In this document: positions 28,082 to 34,437 of the stretch, in pieces
How positions within the stretch are numbered: position 1 is the first letter of the stretch
How the letters are laid out: each line of letters starts with the position of its first letter
Assembly: GCA_008081175.1 (NCBI GenBank)
Contig: VMCW01000193.1
Coordinates: forward strand, 1-34,437
Direction of reading: 5' to 3'
Source of the DNA: Flavobacteriaceae bacterium
GTDB lineage: Bacteria > Bacteroidota > Bacteroidia > Flavobacteriales > Flavobacteriaceae
Length of the DNA stretch: 34,437 bases
Notes under the pieces: generated by a model
Told to the model about the DNA's origin: nothing
Database searches by the model: none
What the model saw: only the letters and a program-made list of their open reading frames with translations
Made by a program: the position numbers and the translations under genes

Positions 28082-28438
28082 TCAAAACCTTCTTGCTAAA
28101 AGGACAACTTCGGAAAAAAGACCTATTGCATATGGGATGAAAAAAACAAAAAACTCTTTTCTTGAAAGCATCCCATCGAGTTGAAACTGAGGGTGAAAAA
28201 ATAAAAAGTATACTGCTAATTTGAGCGCTACTGTAGTTAAATACAAGAGAGAAAGGTTGTTTTTTTTCTTTTGCATACCATAGCCAAGAAGCAACAAGGC
28301 AACCAAGGCCAAGACTGCATTGATCGCATAACTCTGAAACAAAAAATACTTATACTCTGGAAGAGCATTGAGGTGTACTTGTAGTGATACTCCCAATGTT
28401 ATTAGAAAAATAAGGAGGTAGCCAATGTTTTTTTTCAT
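28082..28438 (-). CDS. Small polytopic membrane protein of unknown function (atp-operon associated)
   Basis: Four predicted TM helices. I prefer the ATG at 28438 (MKKNIGYLL) to the TTG at 28459 used in the track. It sits between AtpZ and atpB. Confidence 0.5.
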   Translation of the reverse strand: MKKNIGYLLIFLITLGVSLQVHLNALPEYKYFLFQSYAINAVLALVALLLLGYGMQKKKNNLSLLYLTTVALKLAVYFLFFHPQFQLDGMLSRKEFFVFFIPYAIGLFSEVVLLARRF

Positions 28439-28460
28439 AAGTAGGTAGGTGATTTTCAAA

Positions 28461-28673
28461 CTACCAAAATTTTTTGCTTTGCTTGTATATCATCCACAAG
28501 GTTGCAAGCATTCCAAAGGCAGTCAAAATAAAAACATAGGGCACTTTTGTTGAAGAAAACCTTTCTTCTAGGAATTGTCCTATTCGGACACTACCCCATA
28601 CAATCAAACCGATTTGAAAAGCAAGGCTAGAGAACGTTAGCCACCTGTTCGGCTTTTTCTCCTGCTTTTTCAT
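28461..28673 (-). CDS. AtpZ/AtpI-family small membrane protein
   Basis: 70 aa with a basic N-terminus and two TM helices. The motif SSLAFQIGLIVWG..RIGQFL resembles the AtpZ signature. It lies upstream of the atp genes. Confidence 0.65.
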   Translation of the reverse strand: MKKQEKKPNRWLTFSSLAFQIGLIVWGSVRIGQFLEERFSSTKVPYVFILTAFGMLATLWMIYKQSKKFW

Positions 28674-29040
28674 TGTTGTGCTTTAGCTTTTTGATTCCGT
28701 CTTCTTCAGAATGCATAGAACAATGAGCATTGAAAACAGCTCCAGACTCTACTATGAGTTTCTGAATATGTACCTTTCCTTCTACTGTAGAGGCTGATTT
28801 TAGGCTCAATGTCCCAGAGACGGTCAATTCTCCGTTGAAATATCCTTCAATATCTGCGTGACCACACAACACTTTCCCCTTTACATGAGCCTGTTTTCCC
28901 AGTATGAGTTTTCCTGTAGTTACTACTTCTCCCTCTACATTACCATCAATCCGAATGTCGGTATCTGATTTGATCGTTCCTGTTAAATTTGTTTTGAAGT
29001 CAATTTTGCTGTATTGACCATTCGTGTCTGTTCCTTTCAT
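28627..29040 (-). CDS. Bactofilin (polymer-forming cytoskeletal protein, DUF583)
   Basis: Repeating beta-helix pattern G.I.S...I.IDG.VEGEV...GKL.LGK.A.VKG.V.C....IEG.F.G.L.V.G.L.L......EG.V. Disordered charged tail. Confidence 0.8.
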   Translation of the reverse strand: MKGTDTNGQYSKIDFKTNLTGTIKSDTDIRIDGNVEGEVVTTGKLILGKQAHVKGKVLCGHADIEGYFNGELTVSGTLSLKSASTVEGKVHIQKLIVESGAVFNAHCSMHSEEDGIKKLKHNNEKAGEKAEQVANVL

Positions 29041-31505
29041 TTTGATTTATTTAACCAGGTTTTATTTTTTATGTAATCGCGGTATTGGGAAGCCAAAGTT
29101 ACAAAATTCTCCATGTTGTTCAGTCCAAAAACCGTTTGTCGCTCTGTCGTCTTCCATTGTTCAATTTCTTTAGGGTCTCGAATCCCATGAACCACAACAA
29201 AATAATAGTCCGAGTTGTAGGTGTCTAAACTCAGATCCCAGAAATTATTGTGCTTTTTGAGTTCTTCTTTAAAGCTACTAATAAAGTTTTCTGCATTTTC
29301 CTTTTGATCACTTTTAAAGGGAAAAATCCATTTGTAATTTTTATAGATCGTTCCTGTTTCCTCAAGCTCGTTTAGGGCAGTTATACGCTCTACTATTTTT
29401 TTTGCTTCAATTCCTTCTTCTACAGCGCTGTAGTTTACTGCGACTTCATTTAAAGCCTCTTTCCATGCTTTTACTCCTTTAAGTCGGCCTAGTGTATGTG
29501 CTTTAAGCAAGCTAATTTTGGGCTCCATTTGGGTTCCACTCAGCAGTACCGCTAACAATTCTATCTCTTTTAAGGTTTCCTGAAATTTTTGCTGTTCAAA
29601 TAAGGTTAACACTTTTGAATACCGCTTTTCTGGTGTGGTGATTTCGGTGTTTTCAATGTTTTCTGGGTTTGAAAGTATTTGAGCAAAAGCTGTTTTTGGG
29701 TGCTTTTCAATAATTTCATTTTTGAAGGTTTCCGCTTTCATGGGGGCGCTTTTTTCATTGATTTTATAAAGATGATACAGCGCTTGTACAGCAATTCCTT
29801 CTGGTGGGTTTGAAAGGAGTACCCTTTCTAAGCGTTTTTCTCCTAAAGAAAAATCATTGAATTTTTCTTTATAAATCATTCCCAGTTGAAGGTAAGCGTT
29901 TTGAGTGATTAATAACAAACTATCTCTTTCTTTCTTTGTTTTAGGCAGTGTCGCTACAAAACTTTCTGGTGTTTCTTGAATTAGAATAGAGGTTGTTCTT
30001 TGATTTTCAGCAGAAGTTGCTGTCTTTGATAGCGTTAAAATTGAAGAGGCGCTTCTCCAATTATCCACGTTTGGTCTGTTACCCCAATTGGCTAAATACG
30101 CTTGTTTTCCTGTAAGAAGTTGATTTTGATTGTAAAAATAAAAAGAGGTTTTTGACCGGCTTGAGAATTGAAACCTTTTTTGCTGATTTTCTTGTTCTGC
30201 TTTTGCTACTTCCTGTTCCTGTTTTTTATTGATGTAATCTTCAAAAAAAGCCAGTTGCTCGCTTTTTGTCATTGCCAGTAACTTTAAGATACTATCCGTT
30301 TGAGAAGCCTTTTTTTCATAGAAAATTACTTCCTCTAGATTGTCTCTCTTTCTTTGAATTTTTTGGTAGGCTCTTGATTTGAGGTCGTAAAGAGGTAAGG
30401 TTTTGTCTAAATAATTTCCAGACTCAAGATAGTTCCCTTGCTGGAAGTAATAGTCTGCAAGATTTTGATAGTTTTCAATTTGAGTATACGAATCAAGGGA
30501 GGGCGATTCAAGCGAACGGTTAAAATGAAGCAATGCTAAACTGTCTTGATGCTCTTTTAAATACAATAATGCAAATGCTCGTTCCAGTGTGTGAAAGTGG
30601 TCGCTGTTTTCATAGTTATTTAACATTTTTTTCAAAAAAGCTTCCCGTTTTTCTAAGGTAATAGTTGTGTCTAGTTCATTTTCTTTGATCAAGGAGTGAA
30701 CAAGAAACTTACGTGGCCCTTTTCGTTTAAGTTCCACAATTTGTTTGTAAGCCCATTGGGCAGAATCCCTCTTTCCTAATTGTTCAAAAAGCTGTCCTGT
30801 GATGTAGAGGTAACGTGACTTATTTTTTCTTTTAGGTTCTTCTAGAGCAGCTCTTTTTATATAAAAGACGGCAGAATCTAGTGCTTTTAAATTGGTGAAG
30901 GCCTGAGCTAGGGTAGCGTTGGCTAGTGGATAGTATTTGTTCTTAGCTTTTAACGCTCGAGCTAATGGCCCTAGGTTGTCAATTGCTAATTCCACATTTC
31001 TAAGCCGAATATTTGTTTTTTCTCTCCAAATCTTCCCTTCTGTAAAAACCGCTTGATCTGCTCCACTTTTTAAAAGAAAGTTAAACGCTTCTAGAGCTGG
31101 GAAAAAACGTCGATCAAAGTATCTTGCTTTTCCAAGAAGCAAGTACGCCTCGTCCATTTTTCGGTTGTACTGCTCATTATTTAGGTTTATTGAATGTTTT
31201 TGAATGGCCTTAACTGCTTTTTCCTCAGCACGATCAAAACCAGGTACAAGTGTTGGCTCATCAATGTTTTCCCCTCTCAAATTAATTGGCTCTACGGGAA
31301 GAAGCTCAAAAAAGTTGTCTTCAAAAGCCTCTTCTAAAATAGACTCCCCCACTTCAAAGGCCTCTTTTGCATTGAATAACACATTGAATTTTGTGGTCAG
31401 TGTGTGGTATTCCCTGTTTAAAATTCCTTTTTTTGTTGTACTACAAGAAGACAAAAAAAGGGCCGTTAAAATATTAAGCCAAAATGCTGGTCTCCTATAA
31501 AACAT
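29037..31505 (-). CDS. TPR-repeat lipoprotein, SprE/PorW-like (gliding motility / type IX secretion)
   Basis: Lipobox LFLSSC. N-terminal blocks YHTLTTKFNVLFNAKEA, RAEEKAVKAIQKHS and EAYLLLGKARYFDRRFFPALEAFNFL match my recollection of SprE/PorW N-termini. TPR-like helices run throughout. At 822 aa it is close to F. johnsoniae SprE in size. Confidence 0.55.
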   Translation of the reverse strand: MFYRRPAFWLNILTALFLSSCSTTKKGILNREYHTLTTKFNVLFNAKEAFEVGESILEEAFEDNFFELLPVEPINLRGENIDEPTLVPGFDRAEEKAVKAIQKHSINLNNEQYNRKMDEAYLLLGKARYFDRRFFPALEAFNFLLKSGADQAVFTEGKIWREKTNIRLRNVELAIDNLGPLARALKAKNKYYPLANATLAQAFTNLKALDSAVFYIKRAALEEPKRKNKSRYLYITGQLFEQLGKRDSAQWAYKQIVELKRKGPRKFLVHSLIKENELDTTITLEKREAFLKKMLNNYENSDHFHTLERAFALLYLKEHQDSLALLHFNRSLESPSLDSYTQIENYQNLADYYFQQGNYLESGNYLDKTLPLYDLKSRAYQKIQRKRDNLEEVIFYEKKASQTDSILKLLAMTKSEQLAFFEDYINKKQEQEVAKAEQENQQKRFQFSSRSKTSFYFYNQNQLLTGKQAYLANWGNRPNVDNWRSASSILTLSKTATSAENQRTTSILIQETPESFVATLPKTKKERDSLLLITQNAYLQLGMIYKEKFNDFSLGEKRLERVLLSNPPEGIAVQALYHLYKINEKSAPMKAETFKNEIIEKHPKTAFAQILSNPENIENTEITTPEKRYSKVLTLFEQQKFQETLKEIELLAVLLSGTQMEPKISLLKAHTLGRLKGVKAWKEALNEVAVNYSAVEEGIEAKKIVERITALNELEETGTIYKNYKWIFPFKSDQKENAENFISSFKEELKKHNNFWDLSLDTYNSDYYFVVVHGIRDPKEIEQWKTTERQTVFGLNNMENFVTLASQYRDYIKNKTWLNKSK

Positions 31506-31607
31506 CTTTATTTCTTGTCCTCTAATAACTCTTAAACAATCAATTTAGTGTGTTGCTCACACCATATTTATAAAACCAAGGGAGGCAGAGTTTCTAATTT
31601 ATAATTC

Positions 31608-31627
31608 CAAAACCATAGGTGGTTTTG
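31608..31627. promoter_or_regulatory. Perfect 8-bp inverted repeat CAAAACCA-TAGG-TGGTTTTG in a divergent promoter region (candidate operator)
   Basis: Read directly from the sequence. An extra AAAACCA half-site copy lies at 31572-31578. The right arm ends 34 nt upstream of the -7 box at 31662. Confidence 0.45.
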
Positions 31628-31661
31628 AATATATAGCCCTTTTCAATAGTAATCATTTTTC

Positions 31662-31669
31662 TACATTTG
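31662..31669 (+). promoter_or_regulatory. Bacteroidota -7 box (TACATTTG) upstream of the ferredoxin reductase gene
   Basis: Exact TAnnTTTG, 13 nt upstream of the ATG at 31683. Confidence 0.45.
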
Positions 31670-31682
31670 CCAAAAAAAAGCG

Positions 31683-32720
31683 ATGTCTAAAACTCACCTA
31701 TTACAAGTCAAAGCAGTAGAACGTCTTACAGAAGAGTCTGTAGTCCTAACCTTTGATGTGCCTGAATCAGTTAAAGGGTCCTTTCAATATCTTCCTGGAC
31801 AATATGTTAGCTTAGAAACCACGATTAACGGGGAAACAGTACGTCGCTCTTACTCCCTTTGTTCTTCCCCTCACAGTGGTTTGTTGCAAGTGGGAATCAA
31901 AGAGGTGTCTCAAGGTCTTTTTTCTACCTATGCCAATCAAAAGCTAAGTGTCGGTGAAACTTTAAAAGTAGGCCTTCCAGAGGGACGTTTTACTCTTGAT
32001 ACTGAAAAAAGTACTCCTCTTATGGCTGTAGCTGCAGGAAGTGGAATTACCCCTATCCTTTCGATAATAAAATCGGCGATTCATCAAGACTCTAAAACAC
32101 CTATCGTGTTGGTCTATGGAAATAAATCTCCTGAAAAAACGATGTTTTATGAAACATTAAGGCAGCTAGAAAAAGAACACCCTAAACAGATAAAAATTCA
32201 TTGGGTCTTTTCAGAGGCAACAGTAGAAGGAGCTCATTTTGGAAGAATTGATGCTTCCCTTTTAAAATACGCATTAAATCAAACCAATACAGTTCCTAAA
32301 AAGTATTTCTTATGTGGTCCCGAACCCATGATTCGTCTTTCTGAACAATTTCTTTCGGAAAATGGAATAGGGCAAGATCAAATTCATTTTGAACTGTTCA
32401 CCACAAGTAGTGCAAAAGAAGCCATTGTAAATACAGCAAAAAAAGGAGAACTACAAATAACGTGTGATGAGGTTACACACAAGTTGGATTTAGTCCCAAA
32501 CAAAACGCTCTTAGACATTGCTCTTCAAGCAAAACTGGATGTACCCTACTCCTGTCAAGGGGGCGTGTGCAGCAGTTGTATCGGTAAGATTACTTCCGGT
32601 CAAGCGTCGATGATTTCCAATCAAATTTTAACGGATGAAGAGGTCGCAGAGGGGCTTGTTCTGACCTGTCAAGCTGTTGCAAAATCAGAACATATCAGTG
32701 TAGACTATGACGACGTGTAG
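31683..32720 (+). CDS. Ferredoxin-NAD(P) reductase fused to a plant-type [2Fe-2S] ferredoxin (PaaE/PaaK-like)
   Basis: FAD motif RRSYSL, NAD(P) motif AAGSGITP, and the C-terminal cluster CQGGVCSSC...LTCQA. Confidence 0.85.
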   Translation: MSKTHLLQVKAVERLTEESVVLTFDVPESVKGSFQYLPGQYVSLETTINGETVRRSYSLCSSPHSGLLQVGIKEVSQGLFSTYANQKLSVGETLKVGLPEGRFTLDTEKSTPLMAVAAGSGITPILSIIKSAIHQDSKTPIVLVYGNKSPEKTMFYETLRQLEKEHPKQIKIHWVFSEATVEGAHFGRIDASLLKYALNQTNTVPKKYFLCGPEPMIRLSEQFLSENGIGQDQIHFELFTTSSAKEAIVNTAKKGELQITCDEVTHKLDLVPNKTLLDIALQAKLDVPYSCQGGVCSSCIGKITSGQASMISNQILTDEEVAEGLVLTCQAVAKSEHISVDYDDV

Positions 32721-32728
32721 TCATTTCC

Positions 32729-33637
32729 TCACAAGACCAGACTTATCCCTTTTATCACCACCAATAGCAGGGTCACAATTGTCCCCATTTTGTCTGATTC
32801 CTTGTTGAGATAGAGTCCAAGGAAATAAACCGCTGGAAACAAAATCAACTCCCAAGAGTTGAGTGTTGTAGTACCCCCATAAAAAGACAAATAGAGTCCC
32901 GAGAAAAGCCAAAGAAGTAAAAATGTTTGACTCCCTGAGTAAAAGTTATACTCTCTGCTCCTTATTCCCTTAAGCGTTCTTAAAAAAACTAAAAACAAAA
33001 ATCCTATTAATAAGTAAGTGTTCTCTTTTGGGAGCATCCATTCGTCATATCGGGTCCACATCCTGCCATTAACTACAAAGGGCAGTTCTAAAAAGTGAAA
33101 TAGGGTACTCGCCCAGAGAAGTGTTATCCCAATAGGGATCAGAAAACATAAAAATATTTTTAATTGCCTAAACTTTGAATCCAAAAACAACAACAAAGGA
33201 CTAACAAAAAAAACCAAAGCAAAGGGTTCAAAAACCCATAATGCAGAAAGAAGTAAACTAAGGTTAAACAAAGGCATCAAAACCTCCTTGGATTGAAAGA
33301 TCCTATTGTTGTAATGCCAAGCTAAACCAAGAATAAATTGGAAAAGCAGTCCCTTAAAACGAACTTCTCCTGAAGGAAGATAAAAAAGAATCAAGACAAA
33401 AGCCAGCATGTGTATAGGATAGACCTCTAGATGTCGATAACGTTCGTTTGAAAAAATCAAAAGTGCCAATCCTAAAATGAGGAGTGCTGTGTTTCGTATC
33501 ACATCCCATAACACACCTGATGTGTTTTGAACAAGACCTTCAGTAGAATTGTGATAAAAAAGAAAAAGTAAAAAAACTAAAACCGCCCCAAGGGAGAGGG
33601 AAATGATTTTTGTTTTGCGAAAAAGGTTGGCTAACAT
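32729..33637 (-). CDS. Polytopic integral membrane protein, unknown function
   Basis: About 9 hydrophobic helices over 302 aa. I recognise no catalytic motif. Confidence 0.5.
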   Translation of the reverse strand: MLANLFRKTKIISLSLGAVLVFLLFLFYHNSTEGLVQNTSGVLWDVIRNTALLILGLALLIFSNERYRHLEVYPIHMLAFVLILFYLPSGEVRFKGLLFQFILGLAWHYNNRIFQSKEVLMPLFNLSLLLSALWVFEPFALVFFVSPLLLFLDSKFRQLKIFLCFLIPIGITLLWASTLFHFLELPFVVNGRMWTRYDEWMLPKENTYLLIGFLFLVFLRTLKGIRSREYNFYSGSQTFLLLWLFSGLYLSFYGGTTTLNSWELILFPAVYFLGLYLNKESDKMGTIVTLLLVVIKGISLVL

Positions 33638-33649
33638 CTTGGTTTCCCT

Positions 33650-33657
33650 TAAATTTG
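33650..33657 (+). promoter_or_regulatory. Bacteroidota -7 box (TAAATTTG) upstream of the small membrane protein gene
   Basis: Exact TAnnTTTG, 22 nt upstream of the ATG at 33680. Confidence 0.4.
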
Positions 33658-33679
33658 CAAGGTAAGTAAACTCTTATTT

Positions 33680-33907
33680 ATGAAAAACTTTTTTGAAGGA
33701 ATCGCGTGGCTATTTGAGGAAGTCCTTTTTCTCCCTTACAGTACTTTGAGAGAACTGGAGTTGAGTAGTTGGGTTTTAGCAAATACAGTTAACTGGCTCT
33801 TTCTACTTGTCGGTTTTTCCGCGATGGTATATTGGATTCTACAGCTCAAGCTTTTTGATGAAAGAGGCGAGGAAAACAAAGACCCCTCTGCACATTCTTT
33901 TTTATAG
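33680..33907 (+). CDS. Small (75 aa) membrane protein, unknown function
   Basis: One or two hydrophobic helices (WVLANTVNWLFLLVGFSAMVYWIL) and an acidic tail. It has its own -7 box. Confidence 0.45.
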   Translation: MKNFFEGIAWLFEEVLFLPYSTLRELELSSWVLANTVNWLFLLVGFSAMVYWILQLKLFDERGEENKDPSAHSFL

Positions 33908-34437
33908 ATCGAATCCGATATCTTTTCGATACCGAATCCCGTCAAATTCTATTTTGGATAGCGTTTCATAAGATCGCTGCACCGCTTCATTGTGGTTTTT
34001 GCCAAATGAGGTGACAGCAAGCACCCTCCCTCCTGAGGTTACGACTTTATTATCTTTTAAGATTGTCCCTGCGTGGAAAATCATTATAACCTGATCCAAG
34101 CCTGTTATTGTTTTTTCCTTTTGGTAGGCTTCTGGATATCCTTTAGAAACCGCCATCACTGTTGCGGCAGCCTCTTGACAAATATCCAGTTGAACGGTGT
34201 TTAAAGACCCTTCATTGACTGCTTGAAAAAGTTCTACTAGATCGTTTTGGACTCTTGGTAATACCACCTCTGTTTCTGGATCGCCCATTCGAACATTGTA
34301 TTCGATCACCTTAGGGTCTTCTCCAACTTTTATAAGGCCGATAAAAATAAATCCCTTGTAAGGAATTCCATCCTTCTTCATCCCTTCTATTGTTGGCTTT
34401 ACAATCCGATCTCTAATTTTCTTTTCAAAAGTCTCCG
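33902..34437 (-). CDS. purD: Phosphoribosylamine--glycine ligase, C-terminal part (gene runs off the window end)
   Basis: GIPYKGFIFIGLI...PKVIEYNVRMGDPETEVVLPR and HAGT...VVTSGGRVLAVTS are canonical PurD blocks. The reading frame stays open to nt 34437. Confidence 0.9.
   Translation of the reverse strand, partial: ETFEKKIRDRIVKPTIEGMKKDGIPYKGFIFIGLIKVGEDPKVIEYNVRMGDPETEVVLPRVQNDLVELFQAVNEGSLNTVQLDICQEAAATVMAVSKGYPEAYQKEKTITGLDQVIMIFHAGTILKDNKVVTSGGRVLAVTSFGKNHNEAVQRSYETLSKIEFDGIRYRKDIGFDL

Noticed and set aside
32721-32912. 63-aa minus-strand ORF overlapping the 3' end of the 302-aa membrane protein gene, considered as a possible frameshift continuation.
   Set aside because: The 302-aa frame keeps its membrane-protein character right up to its own stop. 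The alternative frame is polar and not helix-like, so there is no evidence of a frameshift.
1-34437. Scan for tRNA, rRNA, CRISPR repeats, IS/transposase, integrase, phage, toxin-antitoxin or known defence genes.
   Set aside because: None was found. Apart from the leading 439 nt, no intergenic gap exceeds about 210 nt. I could see no periodic repeats by eye, and every ORF over about 100 aa outside shadow positions is accounted for by a core or envelope function.

Overview
AT-rich, gene-dense chromosomal segment that looks like core genome of a Bacteroidota, most likely Flavobacteriales. Support for that placement: gldH; a SprE/PorW-like TPR lipoprotein; an F-ATPase operon that is atpBEFHAG only and is preceded by AtpZ and a bactofilin; and exact TAnnTTTG -7 promoter boxes upstream of many genes. 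I can support about 37 protein-coding genes. Most are housekeeping: PBP1a, recA, trpS, dprA, dut, queD, trhO, purD (partial), glycerate kinase and ATP synthase. I see no tRNA or rRNA gene, CRISPR array, transposase, integrase or phage gene, and no recognisable defence or toxin module. I do not find a clear-cut novel system. The candidates worth follow-up are: (1) the sprE-like/bactofilin/AtpZ genes joined to the ATP synthase operon by overlapping start and stop codons; (2) an orphan HEAGH zincin-like cysteine-containing lipoprotein next to an SdpI-like membrane protein; (3) a usp / LpxR-like / plug-motif lipoprotein envelope operon that converges on a beta-barrel OMP gene; (4) seven of eight convergent gene junctions with overlapping or abutting stop codons, which leaves no room for terminators; and (5) two palindromes in regulatory positions (the atpB-atpE spacer and the sprE-like/ferredoxin-reductase divergent region). 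All functional calls come from reading the translated ORFs for motifs. No database search was possible.
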